Virus record (IMG/VR): IMGVR_UViG_3300014043_000277
Source of the DNA: a virus
Lineage: Duplodnaviria > Heunggongvirae > Uroviricota > Caudoviricetes
Length of the DNA stretch: 64,000 bases
Direction: 5' to 3' (one strand)
The notes under the pieces were generated by a model. It did no database searches, had not been told where the DNA came from, and saw only the letters and a list, made by a program, of their open reading frames with translations. The position numbers were made by a program, and so were the translations under genes. Shown piece by piece: positions 1 to 11,308 of this stretch. Every line of letters begins with the position of its first letter. The first letter of the stretch is position 1.

Positions 1-89
1 AATTCTCGATTGAAAGCACCATATAGAGAGTTGGTTATGCGTGTGTGATTCATCACCGCCCTGAAGTGCGGTGTCCTTTCACATGATTG
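1..89 (-). mobile_element. Left end of an IS200/IS605-family (tnpB) element running out of the window
   Basis: Reverse complement is nearly identical to 53969-54057, the left end of the complete IS, and is preceded by the same TGCTAT target motif (90-95). Confidence 0.9.
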
Positions 90-162
90 ATAGCATGATT
101 CTATTTTAGCATTACATGCCTGTTTCCAAAATGCCAACATGTACGCATCCTCACCGCGCCGG

Positions 163-1152
163 TTATTCCATTGAATCCGATTCAACTGCCAATAACGCTT
201 TGAATGCTTCCAGTTGGTATTCCACTGGCATGCCCGCGTCATCATGGAACACTCGACAAGCAGCCAACACTTGCCTCACTGGAATGCGTTCAATTGTTCT
301 CATACAGGAACGCGCATTCTGCCATTCCAGCATGAACTGACAAGCCATTCGCCATTCCAGCATTGAACTCATATCCATATGGATTCTTTTCAGGAATCCA
401 TTCCGCATTACGATTTCACAATCCGTATCAGGAGCATGTTCATCGTATTCAATGAACATGCTGGCATTGAATAACCTATTATCAGTGAAATACTGGAATG
501 CGTCCATGCAATCAACCCGTTCCTGTATTACGTTCCGGTATTGTATGTTGTGTTGTGTTTGCAGTACAGATGAATAATAAACCGTTTCAATGAACGCATA
601 TTTCATCATATCATTCACAGTATCATCCATTATCAGCGCGTTCAATGAATGCAATGCATCCTGCGAACGATCCACTGTCATCATTCGCGTGTGTTCATTG
701 GCTCCCTGCGCAGTGAGCGTCTCATAATCGGTTTCCGATGAACAATCAAGGAACATTAATGCGGATTCCAAATGCCAGCTTACCTGCAACCATGAGGTTA
801 TGATGCGTTCAATGTTCTCATCATAACCCGCATAATATAGAATGTTGAACATTATTGATGTTTCACGGATAAGAGTCCATGGGAATAGTTGAACATGTCC
901 AATGGTAAGTTCATCATTCTGAATGCGGTTAATGAACGCAATGCATCGTTGTTCAAGCATCGTGTAATCATTCCATTCATTTGAACATATGATTTCAGTG
1001 AATGATTCATCATGTTTCAGCCATGATTCGTAAAGCGCATTATAATTAATATTAATCGGCATGAATGTTGTCATGTTATCAATGTTAGCATATGAACAGC
1101 TTGCCGTAATGAAAAAGAAGGAATGGAACATGTTGAATGGTTCTTGTTCCAT
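163..1152 (-). CDS. Hypothetical protein (329 aa)
   Basis: Long ORF with no recognisable motif. Confidence 0.6.
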   Translation of the reverse strand: MEQEPFNMFHSFFFITASCSYANIDNMTTFMPININYNALYESWLKHDESFTEIICSNEWNDYTMLEQRCIAFINRIQNDELTIGHVQLFPWTLIRETSIMFNILYYAGYDENIERIITSWLQVSWHLESALMFLDCSSETDYETLTAQGANEHTRMMTVDRSQDALHSLNALIMDDTVNDMMKYAFIETVYYSSVLQTQHNIQYRNVIQERVDCMDAFQYFTDNRLFNASMFIEYDEHAPDTDCEIVMRNGFLKRIHMDMSSMLEWRMACQFMLEWQNARSCMRTIERIPVRQVLAACRVFHDDAGMPVEYQLEAFKALLAVESDSME

Positions 1153-1188
1153 CCAATCATATGAGGTTCACATTTAATATTGTATATT

Positions 1189-1242
1189 TTGACTTCCTCC
1201 CACGCCTGAAGGCGTGGGATTCCTACACTGTTCGCCTTAATG
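1189..1242 (-). mobile_element. Isolated IS605-family right-end remnant (hairpin plus terminal GTCAA)
   Basis: rc CATTAAGGCGA..GTAGGAATCCCACGCCTTCAGGCGTGGGAGGAAGTCAA matches the right end of the complete IS ending at 55427. Confidence 0.85.
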
Positions 1243-1268
1243 CGCACAATGATACATGTTATTTCAAA

Positions 1269-1312
1269 ACACGGAACGGCATGATTGATGGAATAATCAT
1301 GCCGTTCCGTGT
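1269..1312 (-). terminator. Terminator-like hairpin downstream of 1326-1775
   Basis: 18-bp perfect inverted repeat ACACGGAACGGCATGATT/AATCATGCCGTTCCGTGT. Confidence 0.7.
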
Positions 1313-1325
1313 CAATTAGTATCCG

Positions 1326-1775
1326 TCAGATGTTCATGTTCACATTGTTCTCACGCGCATAATCATAATAGCTCTTACCGGTGAGCGCACTGAATGCAGT
1401 GAGAATCTTATCTGTTTCCTCATCAACATAACCGGCGATTTCAAATGCCGCATTATATTCATCAGCAACCAAATCATCATCCGCAATCAGGGTTTCCACG
1501 CGATTACACAGATTATCGGCAATAAGAACAAGCGCGCTGTCAGTGAGAGGATTCAGCACGTTCGCGTCCGGTTCACCATTCTCATTCACATGCTTACGGT
1601 CAATGAAAACAGTGCGTGCAAGCCACATGAGCGCCGGATAACGCTTATCGCCGTCATAAATCAGGTCAATCACATCATCAGCATAATCGGAAGTCTCAGT
1701 CAATGCGGTTTGTTCAATCATCGCCTTTTCATCATCAGTAAGGTTATCCACGCCATTGAAATCCTCATACTGCAT
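1326..1775 (-). CDS. Small acidic hypothetical protein (149 aa)
   Basis: ORF with RBS-like GATAGGAAC, conserved leader and its own terminator; D/E-rich. Confidence 0.85.
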   Translation of the reverse strand: MQYEDFNGVDNLTDDEKAMIEQTALTETSDYADDVIDLIYDGDKRYPALMWLARTVFIDRKHVNENGEPDANVLNPLTDSALVLIADNLCNRVETLIADDDLVADEYNAAFEIAGYVDEETDKILTAFSALTGKSYYDYARENNVNMNI

Positions 1776-1865
1776 AATCCGTTCCTATCCGTGAACCATC
1801 AGCCGGAACCTTGTGTTCCGTGCCTGCTGAGAACCAGTATAGCACAGGTCATTCCGCGACACGCC
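1776..1865 (-). promoter_or_regulatory. Conserved promoter-leader cassette, copy 1
   Basis: GGCGTGTCGC-N14-TATACT, then the CGGAAC-ACAAG-GTTCCG hairpin and GTTCACGGATAGGAAC before the ATG; repeated at 2447-2536 and 6775-6892. Confidence 0.8.
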
Positions 1866-2071
1866 AATGAAACAGAATTTCGTTGATTCCAGAATTGAAC
1901 GCACCAATACCATAATACTGTTATTTTTTAGCTTGAACCGTTGTTATGAATGTCAGCATACGTGAAACAGTTTTAATACTTTAATACAATTAAAAGCATG
2001 TAATCTCGGGACTGTTCAATTTATCCGATTACATGCTTTTAATGCCATCAATGTTAGTCAATTAAGCCTCA

Positions 2072-2446
2072 TTAACGCACGGTGATGTGAATAACAGCAT
2101 TCTCATAACCGTCCGGCGCAGTATCAGGAATCATGTTCAGCAATGCCTCAGCGTTATCCTTATAAGCGCCAGTATACGTCATGTATTCAATGATTGCATC
2201 ACGCAAATCAGTGAGAGAACCTTGGAAAACCCATGTTGCGTAATCGTCTTCATCCGCCCAGATAATGAACGCCTCATTCTCATTCCGGTCATCATATTCA
2301 AACGCAATGTCATTCAGGGTTGTAAAGAATTCATTTTTGATCCAACCGGCAGGCAGAATGTTCAGTCGCGCAATGCGTTCCTCATTCCAATCATTGCCAA
2401 TTTCAGTGGAATCCGACAGAAGAGCAAGTTCAGCGATGTCAGTCAT
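2072..2446 (-). CDS. Small acidic hypothetical protein (124 aa)
   Basis: ORF with conserved leader/RBS; downstream hairpin at about 1989-2043. Confidence 0.85.
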   Translation of the reverse strand: MTDIAELALLSDSTEIGNDWNEERIARLNILPAGWIKNEFFTTLNDIAFEYDDRNENEAFIIWADEDDYATWVFQGSLTDLRDAIIEYMTYTGAYKDNAEALLNMIPDTAPDGYENAVIHITVR

Positions 2447-2536
2447 AATCCGTTCCTATCCGTGAACCCTCGCGCCGGAACCTTGTGTTCCGTGCTTGTT
2501 GATTACAGTATAGCACAGGTCATTCCGCGACACGCC
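2447..2536 (-). promoter_or_regulatory. Conserved promoter-leader cassette, copy 2
   Basis: Near-identical to 1776-1865. Confidence 0.8.
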
Positions 2537-2644
2537 ATATTTCGGGGGCGCGCGACACGCCTAGGTTGCAATCAGGCATGAGTTTATGTATACTGAATGT
2601 CAACAGGTTAAAATGGATACTGATGATACTGAAAGGAAAACATC

Positions 2645-2893
2645 GTGATTGCAATTCTGTCTTTTGTTCTGCGTATCGTATGGGCGTTCATTATCGCTCT
2701 TATCGCTGGGTTCATGCTGAAACCTCTCACTGAGAGCAATCACCCGATTATGAGCCTCATCGTCAGCATTATCGCTCTTGTGTTCATTTTCGATCAGAGC
2801 ACTATCCTGACTGGCATCATCGGCATCATCATTGCGATTATTCTCATTGCGAATGTCAGTGAGAACAATGAACGCAATAAGCACAACAACTAA
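2645..2893 (+). CDS. Small membrane protein (82 aa)
   Basis: GAAAGGA RBS, GTG start, hydrophobic segments, upstream TTGCAA-17-TATACT promoter and downstream hairpin. Confidence 0.75.
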   Translation: MIAILSFVLRIVWAFIIALIAGFMLKPLTESNHPIMSLIVSIIALVFIFDQSTILTGIIGIIIAIILIANVSENNERNKHNN

Positions 2894-3235
2894 CCACTGA
2901 TAACATAAACGCCAAGCGGACGAACGGGCTTATCCTGATTCGACCGCTTTTCCATTTTCCATGCTATTTTTTTGACTTTCAATTCACAATCCGTATGACT
3001 GCAATCTGACCATTAAGTGAGATTACGGCAATTGCTCATGTACATACTGACATTTTCCAAAACCGCACAAATCATGACATGGGATTATATGCGATTAAAT
3101 GATTTCATTACACACGGACAGGCACGGCATATGAGACGCTTGATGGTTGCCGTGCCAAACACGGCAGTTGGATACAAATGGAATCTCGGCACAAGCAACA
3201 GCATATACATGCCAGCATACGTAAGCGGAAGGTAA

Positions 3236-4509
3236 TCCCTGCTTGCTTTCAGGTGAACCAGGATAAGAACCAGTTTTCAACAAGTAAAACAATGTATGTT
3301 AATTCTGCTAACATGCTGCGTGCAATTGATGACATTACCACAACATTCTGGTAATTTAATACGAAGTCTGAACCGGCGCTTTCAGGTGAACCACCCCTGA
3401 TTTCAAATGGGAATACCGTGAAACGCGCGCATTGACAATATGAAAACAAAACCATGATTCAACTATACGGCGCTCAAATCCCGATATAAGAACAAATGCA
3501 ATAAGCGGTTGAATACAGTGTGAAGAACACCGGAAAACGGCTTTTTGACCTGGTTCACCTGAAAGCAAGCAGGGAGTACCCCTGTGAGTTTCAGGGTGCG
3601 CCTATCAGCCCGTCCTGTGTCCCGGATTCCATTAGTCCGCTGGGACGGCACTAACCGTGCGATGCAAGCTACGGAACTGCCAGCATGTACACATACGCAT
3701 GCACAGGGCACAGGACAACAGCATGAGCCATAGTGCCCCCACGGCGGCGGTGTTCATGTCCATATCGGTATCCAATGGAGACAGCACTGTTCCTGTCTGA
3801 TACATTCAGCATTGACACTGGCGGTTCGCTATTTGAATCCTGATTTGCGAGTGTATACAATGTATTCCATGTGATTTTTCAGAAGATAATCAGAGCTCTG
3901 AATCTCATGGATAATCCCAGTATTATCCAATGGTTCACTGCAAACGCATGCTCTCATGTCATCAGAGGTATTTAAACGGCACTCTGACAGGCGTTCAGGC
4001 GAATTGCATACAAACTGTTCCCATTTGATTCTGTTAGTCCGTTATACCCCCGTTAAACCGGAACCGGTTTAATATATTCAGTGAATACAATCGGGAGCAA
4101 TATGGATTCATGCTCTTTCAGCGTGTTGATTCGTCTCATATGTTTGAATTCCCTGTTCTTGCGATTTGTGCGTGCAGTGAATCCGATGGATTAACCTAGG
4201 TGTTCTGTTTTATGACTATCGTGGTGGCGAATTATAGATATGCGAATTGGATTCATGAAGACAGGTTCACCTGAAAACGAATACTGCAAGATGCACTATG
4301 AGATGACGGGAATCGTATTCTGTCATTGTTAGTGTGAACAAATCCCTGTTCGATTTTAACATTCATGGAATATAACCAGAATGTTATACTGCTTGCAGCT
4401 TGCTCGCATTATGTTATCAATTATTTACATAAGTTTTCTTGCCCACCGGAAAACTCGTTTTGACCTGGTTCACCTGAAAGCAAGCAGGGAGTACCCCTGT
4501 GAGTTTCAG
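3236..4509. repeat. GGTTCACCTGAAA repeat cluster
   Basis: 52-bp identical direct repeats at 3543-3594 and 4458-4509, a 27-bp inverted copy at 3236-3262, and core copies near 3380 and 4264. Confidence 0.9.
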
Positions 4510-5861
4510 CACACGTTCCATACACGGTGCCAGCTTGCCATGCTCGCTGTCCGGCGCGTGCGGCAAGCAATCTTGCGTCATCATGGAACCCGCATGAAAA
4601 AAAGACAAGCCATGAGCGGTGAAATAGAGTGGTTCCAATCCTCTATTATTCCCATTTTGATTTGTCATCGCCATTATTCATTTACTGTTCCCGTGCCGTG
4701 CTCACAGTATCCAATTTCGCCATGCCCGCGCGAATCAACGCGATTAAGAAAAACTGGCACCATTTGAAAACAAAACTGATACCATTGCCATTGTAAGCAA
4801 TGGAACCACATGAGAGTGGATTCTCATTGAACGTTCACTCAGAATACGCGCGCATATACTGTCTTACTGCGAATGTTCACGGTACGTCGATGGTTTGATT
4901 CCACGCGAACATCATACTTACTGGCAATCAACAACAAAGAATAGTTTGAAAAGAATTTATCATAAGCGGCATTATTGATTGCGGAATACCGCGCATGACG
5001 CGAACACTGGCGAATTGGATAATGGATTGTACACGCCGGACATATATATGAGCGATGAAACCACTGAGTTTTACGATGATTTCAAAATATGAGAACCTTG
5101 GTTAAACAAAAAACAGGCTAATGAATTCTTTTAATTAACAGAACTGAATCCAATACATAATAAAGAATCCCGCATTATCCAAAAATATGCTCATGATGAG
5201 CAGGCGCTCGCAGAATAAGCATGATGACAGTGCTGCATTCAATATATACCGTAAAACATGTTTAAACGCCATTCTGACCGTGTTTCACAGTGGAAACGGG
5301 CTCGTTGTTCGGATTTGGCATGAGCGGCGTTCTGAGCGCCGTTTTTAAAACGCGCGTTGCGTGCATTCGTTTCCGTGTTCAGAAACACGATCATGCTCAT
5401 TAATCGCATTTGTATCCAGACGGTCTATCATAACTGTTCTGATGGGATTGATTTGCATTCAATGGATTCAAATCAAAATGGAACCCTGTGCTCCTTGGCT
5501 GGACACACGGGCGTTAATTCCTACATCACATTTTGATTTGCATAATGTCCACATTTGTGGACTATCCTATCCCCTTATATGGCGTATCCAATTCTCAAGG
5601 TGCTCAATGCAGAACCATGCGATGCCAGCATGTGAGCATAACGGAACCCATTCTGACGCTATTCTTAAACCTGTTTAAGAATATTCTCTTACACTATTTG
5701 TTCATATTTTGTTCACATGTTGGAAACAATGCGTGCTTGATTGAAACATAGTGCATATGGTTGCATATAAACACTGCGTTCAATGCACTAATGATTTGAC
5801 TGGATTGATTTTCCAATATCCAGTCAAACCCGTTGCGTGCGTTTAATACAATGATGTCATG

Positions 5862-6035
5862 TTAATGTTGCCGAAGAACGATTCCTTCCTGTTCGCAATA
5901 CGCGCCGATATTCGTGGAACCATGGAACAGTGAATACACTGCTTCCAGATTGCAACCGGGTCCATCGCAATGAATGTAATCATAATGCCGATTCACCGGG
6001 GTCGTGTTCTTCTTATTCCTGTTCCAATCAAACAT
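5862..6035 (-). CDS. Small Cys-containing hypothetical protein (57 aa, not in the ORF track)
   Basis: MFDWNRNKKNTTPVNRHYDYIHCDGPGC...RQH*; GAAAGG RBS, GGCGTGTCGC-N14-TATGAT promoter (6097-6106), downstream hairpin at about 5795-5828. Confidence 0.6.
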   Translation of the reverse strand: MFDWNRNKKNTTPVNRHYDYIHCDGPGCNLEAVYSLFHGSTNIGAYCEQEGIVLRQH

Positions 6036-6306
6036 AATCTTACCTTTCCAATATTCCTTATGCCGTTTATGCTTCCATCATAGCATTGTTCTTATTGCGA
6101 CACGCCGGTAAACCAACATGTTTCGATCAAACATGACGCCGATATTTGCGTTCAACGGTTCAGAATATGATTTTGGCTCATGTGAGCATTCTGGACACGG
6201 TTTGCTTACAGTTTTGAATCCGGCATTACATGTTTGAACCAAGCATGAATCAATCCCATTCATGCTTGGTTCAATTGTGTTCAAAACATGGACAATTTGA
6301 GTTCAA

Positions 6307-6774
6307 TCAGGCGACGAACGTGATTGTGATGTTGGTGAAACCGCAATACGAAAGATTACGGAGAGCGTTGAACGCATTGTTAATATTATTATCATCATAA
6401 ATAACGAGGTTCCATGCGCTCAGAGCATCGGAATCCGCAAGGTCATTACCGTTAATTGCGCGGTCGTTAAATTCATCAGCGACATCATCAGAATCATGCT
6501 TGCCATTAGCATATTCAGGTTCGCCATCATGGAAATCATCAAAATCCGCATAACCGGAACGATTGAACATGCCATTGCCGAGATTTTCAAAATACAGGTC
6601 ATTCTGGTCATCGGCATACATGTTAATCTTACCGGGAATCTTATTCACATGAATCGTAATGTCGAAACCAGTATCGGATGCTTCCATGACACCGGGAACG
6701 GATTCGTTCGCCTTGCTCACAGCGGAATCAATCAGAGTCCGAACCGCGTTCTCAATATTATTCTTATCAGCCAT
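6307..6774 (-). CDS. Acidic hypothetical protein (about 155 aa)
   Basis: ORF with conserved leader; start chosen by RBS spacing relative to the other leader copies. Confidence 0.85.
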   Translation of the reverse strand: MADKNNIENAVRTLIDSAVSKANESVPGVMEASDTGFDITIHVNKIPGKINMYADDQNDLYFENLGNGMFNRSGYADFDDFHDGEPEYANGKHDSDDVADEFNDRAINGNDLADSDALSAWNLVIYDDNNINNAFNALRNLSYCGFTNITITFVA

Positions 6775-6892
6775 AATCATAGTTCCTATCCGTGAACCAT
6801 CAGCCTCGGAACCTTGTGTTCCGTGCTTGCTGATTACAAGTATACACTGTACACGATGAAAGTCAAATCAACCGTGTGCTCGGGCGTGTCGC
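6775..6892 (-). promoter_or_regulatory. Conserved promoter-leader cassette, copy 3
   Basis: GCGACACGCC ... TTGACT-16-TATACT followed by the same hairpin leader. Confidence 0.8.
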
Positions 6893-7087
6893 ACTGGGTG
6901 CAAATCAATGAACCATTTGTTCGCATGTTATCAGTTCATAACATTGCGGGAATGGCTGGCATGTTTCCAATGTTGCCGGTTTTTGTGTTCATTGCTTGCT
7001 TAAATGCAAAAAAGAACCGCATGAAATTGATGTTCATGCGGTTCCAATGTATGCAGATGTGTTCAATCCACTCTGTACTGTTTGCCG

Positions 7088-7324
7088 TTAATCCGTGAGA
7101 TTAACCATAGTGCCATTCAGAGTGAAACCGGCATCTACAAGTTCCTGACGAATCCTGCCTTGCTCATATGCGGTCGCGCCGACAATGCTCATTGCCTTCT
7201 GGATATCGCATGATTGATTGCCATTCCATGCGTTCTGCTGAATGACATTTGACACGCGCTGGCGAGCCTCATTCACGCGAATCACGTTCTTATGCAATCC
7301 TTTGAAATCAACCATCGTGACCAT
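7088..7324 (-). CDS. Small hypothetical protein (about 78 aa)
   Basis: GGAAGG RBS, GCGACACGCC/TTGCAT-17-TATGAT promoter, terminator-like hairpin at about 7011-7044. Confidence 0.7.
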   Translation of the reverse strand: MVTMVDFKGLHKNVIRVNEARQRVSNVIQQNAWNGNQSCDIQKAMSIVGATAYEQGRIRQELVDAGFTLNGTMVNLTD

Positions 7325-8785
7325 AATCAACATCCTTCCAACTTGTTGTTATCATGTTGACAATGCAATCATATGACACGGACTGTGAGAATGCAAAGTC
7401 ATCGGCGTGTCGCACGAATATGACTGAAACGCGCGAATATGAACACAATGATTAACATGAATCGCACTGCAATCCTATGCAAAAGATCAATTCCTGTTAA
7501 CATAAATGGGAACATATGTCAATATCATGATAAGAGCTATATTCACAAATGAGCAATGATACACGATAAGAACTCATAATGAATGGATTCCGAACATTGT
7601 AATCATTAAATCAGACCATCATGAGAATGCCAGCATATGGTTAAGCACGCTGTTTACTATTATAGTCAGTTTCAATATTAATGCCATGTTCAGTGAGTTC
7701 ATGATATGTATTCATTGATTACACGCAGGTTCGCCGTCAATATTCATTACCAGTTCAAAATAACATCATCATTAATGTGATTGTTCACATGCTGTTTACA
7801 ATGAGAATAATGGATAGTATGAAAACGATTAAAATAATTCATAAATGCTTATCGCATTGATTCATCGCTCCCTAGATGAATCGTCAGCATCTCGATTTTC
7901 ACGGTGATTTTTACTTGTGCTGTGTGTGGGGGGGGCGTAAAGCATAGTTTCAGCATATCTCATTAAAACAGCCGACTCAGAGCACGTAATCTTGCGCTCT
8001 GCTGCTCGGCATAAAATCTCCCGGAAAATCACATGCTCCAATATCATCCAATAATCCGCCCTTATCACATTATTCTACGATACAGTATAAAAACTCGACC
8101 TTGACCGCGTTTAATGAATACAATGAACGCAATCACTCACATATCAGTTTGATGATAACCTAGGCATATCCCATGCTCACCACTGCACATCTGCATCCTA
8201 GGTTATGATGAACACATTATGTCAGCAGCACCAGCATGATTCGCATTTGAATGAAATCAAAACAAAAGTGAACGGTGAACATGGAGGCAACTGTTAATCA
8301 CTTGTATGCAGTTAATATGGTGAATCAATGGAAATTGCATTCAATGCCGAACCGTTAAGCATGATTAATGCAATCAATAAACCATGTCAGCATATGAGCG
8401 CATTAATTAATAATGATAATAAGAAGGATTTCAATCCGCTATATGCGGATTTAACCATATCGCATGAGCGGCTTCGCGCGAGTGTGAACATTGGAAACAC
8501 CGGGAACACATGGTGGAACTTTTCGTGAACTCCCCTGCTGTTTCAGTTATTAACAGCATTCCTGCTCACAGCATGTTCACATAAAGTCCACAAATGTGGA
8601 CTCATACCACCATAACTATTAATCATGTTAATAGTTAATATAAAACATCACTGATTATTGAATGATTGTTAACAATCATAAGTGAGAATCACAGTCTATC
8701 ATGCCGCATGACTGAAATTAGAATAATGGAATCAATGTAAATTATGATCACATTGATTCCATTATTCTACTTTGTTTTATACTTA

Positions 8786-9148
8786 TCAGGCGTTCAGAAT
8801 CTCATTGATGGCGTCCAGTTTATCAATCGCGGTCTGAACCCCAGCGGCGGCGAGAACATTCAGAATCATGAACTTATCACCAGAGATGGACGCCGAATAA
8901 GCAGCATCATCAATACTCCCATCAGTCCAATCATCAGAAGTAAGAGAATAATAATTATTGATTGCGTTCATGCTGAATGCGCGGGATTCAAAATCAGCAT
9001 CCGGATTATCAATCTCATCATAATCAGTGCGCCACAGAGTTCCGTTCACTTCATAGTCATTCAGTTCAAATTCCACCGCATAAGCATTGCCATTCAGGTT
9101 CAGAATGCCGTCCGCGCCGAAAACCTCAACCATCGTGTTCATTATCAT
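8786..9148 (-). CDS. Highly acidic hypothetical protein (120 aa; start may be 9142)
   Basis: GAAAGGA RBS, GCGACACGCC/TTGACT promoter, long hairpin at about 8720-8768; about 22 D/E versus 4 K/R. Confidence 0.85.
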   Translation of the reverse strand: MIMNTMVEVFGADGILNLNGNAYAVEFELNDYEVNGTLWRTDYDEIDNPDADFESRAFSMNAINNYYSLTSDDWTDGSIDDAAYSASISGDKFMILNVLAAAGVQTAIDKLDAINEILNA

Positions 9149-10037
9149 ATCCTTTCAATCATGTTCAAATCATTGTTTGAACTCTTGCTTTAACTTGTTG
9201 ATTATTAATATAATATGATAATCATGAAAGTCAAACTTCGGCGTGTCGCTGGTCGCAATGAATCCAATGCTGTCATTCACTGACAGTCCCGGCACGAAGC
9301 CGGATTCGGCGCATCATAACAAAAATGAATACAAATGAGAACAGAATCAATAATGCTGGAAACCGATAATCATGAATTAAATAAGCATGATTCACATTAA
9401 TCATAATCATCAATAACATACAGGAATGCTGAACAGGCATATCCGTATTGTCTTGCCCGGCGGTCATGCTGTCAGTGATGACAGTGAATCCAATTCCATT
9501 GTCTTATCATACTTATCCATGCGGTGTATTCGTATTCATTACGCAGAGTGCCATCATGCGCAATCACAGGTTTCATTCCACCTGCTGAACGGAACCTGAG
9601 ATTCATGGGAATGATGCTCAATGAAAATGTCCACACTTAGATTCCATTGCGTTCAATTCATATATGTCCATCGTCCTCACAGCCATTATCATGCATGTGT
9701 TCACCATTGGAATCAAGCGTATCAGCGAGTTTGATGATGAGTCAATCACGGATGACTGCGCGTATCATCGTTCCTTGCCGCCGATGTGCGTGTTCCGATA
9801 ATCCGGGTTCACGGCGAGTTGTCTTGCATGTTCTGGCCTCCTTTTGTTTTCAATATCGATTATACTCTTGTTTTTAGATTTTGCTTCGGCGTGTTGTATT
9901 TTTCTGCCCGTTTTTTCTTTTTGATTTTTTTGTCTGTTTTTTTGTTTTTTGGGCGTGTTGTTTTGTGGTTTTGGTGGTTGTGGTGTATATTTGTTTATGT
10001 CAAGAGAAACGACAGACTTGAAAGGTTGGAAAACAAA

Positions 10038-10313
10038 ATGACTACTTACGTTTTTGATTATGCGGCGGATCGGTTCGATACCGAGCAGCCTGTGCAGACG
10101 GCTACTCTTGAGTGGAGCACTGTGGACGGCGAAGGTTGTTATCATCGTCACTCGCTCTGCATGGAGCACCACAGTGGGGACGGCTTTAAGGCCGCGAAGC
10201 GGGCGGCGTTGGCCGTTGTGGGCGCGGATTATCCGGGCGTGGTGTATAGGGTGCGTGATTGTTGGCGTAAGGGTAAGGTCTATGCGTCGTTCCTTGTTGA
10301 CGTTATTGATTAG
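10038..10313 (+). CDS. Hypothetical protein (91 aa, MTTYVFDY...)
   Basis: GAAAGG upstream and terminator hairpin CCCCTAGG..CCTAGGGG at about 10326-10348; the upstream in-frame part of the track ORF is a T-rich non-coding tract. Confidence 0.7.
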   Translation: MTTYVFDYAADRFDTEQPVQTATLEWSTVDGEGCYHRHSLCMEHHSGDGFKAAKRAALAVVGADYPGVVYRVRDCWRKGKVYASFLVDVID

Positions 10314-10818
10314 GGATAAGTAAGGCCCCTAGGTGATGAGCCTAGGGGACTTGTCATATCCTGACTATGTTAGTCGTTGAGTCGTTTGGCGAGTTCTGCT
10401 GCGACTTGCTGGCCGAGAGTGTTTTTTAGGCTGTCTGCCAGTTTTCTGACCTGTTCGTCGGTCAGTTTCCTTGGCGGTGTCGGTTTTGAGACCGTTGACG
10501 GAGAGTGATTCAATTCCTTGTTTGAAATAATCCACATTCGTTCTCACGTGCCATTATCAATTCCTTCCATGAGATACTATTCGATTATATGCCGTTTTTC
10601 ATTACGAAGCAATTCCGGCGGGTCATGAAACCAATGCCCATATAGTGTAGATTAACCCGTTTACGAATTTCATAATAAAATGCCAGCATGATTCGTTATT
10701 CCATTATTTCTACAACTGATAGAACCAATGAATCAAACGTTTAAATCCGCATATGAAAACATTAAAAGGAACCGAGGTTTATCATGACACTCAGGTTCCT
10801 TTTAATGTTGCGCTGTGT

Positions 10819-11127
10819 TCAATTGTTCACACTCATGAGCGCCGCCGCCTTGTTCGCCGCGCGGATAATCGGAATGGAACCAATCATGCCACCTGAAATG
10901 CACAGCACGCCAATGAACGCAACATAAGCATCATACGCGGTGAACATATCATGTCCGCCGATGATAAGCATTCCAATTCCTATGAGAGAAATGAGTCCAA
11001 TGAACATGAACATGCTCTTACGCTCACCATGCTTATAAGCAAGTCGCATGGCGTTCATGCTCACCGCAATGATAGTGGTTCCAATCAAAGTTAACAGTGT
11101 GGCAATCGCAAGATTAATGGTAATCAT
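10819..11127 (-). CDS. Small membrane protein (102 aa, about 3 TM)
   Basis: GAAAGGAAC RBS, GGCGTGTTGC-N15-TATACT promoter, hairpin at about 10761-10806. Confidence 0.8.
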   Translation of the reverse strand: MITINLAIATLLTLIGTTIIAVSMNAMRLAYKHGERKSMFMFIGLISLIGIGMLIIGGHDMFTAYDAYVAFIGVLCISGGMIGSIPIIRAANKAAALMSVNN

Positions 11128-11308
11128 AATTTCTAAGTTCCTTTCCTTGTGTTCTTGATTTACAGTATAGCACTGTATCCAATTGCAACACGCCGATAAA
11201 TGGAATTGTTTACAATCACATTACAAAAAAATCATGGAACATTAGAAACATAACTGTTCCTGTTCCATTCAGGATATGCAGATGTTACGATTGATTGCAT
11301 CAATTGCG

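Noticed and set aside
90-1242. Composite transposon carrying ORF 163-1152
   Set aside because: On the minus strand the order is right end, gene, left end, so the gene lies outside the IS ends.
3236-4509. CRISPR array
   Set aside because: Repeats are irregularly spaced, in both orientations, with no spacer periodicity and no cas genes.
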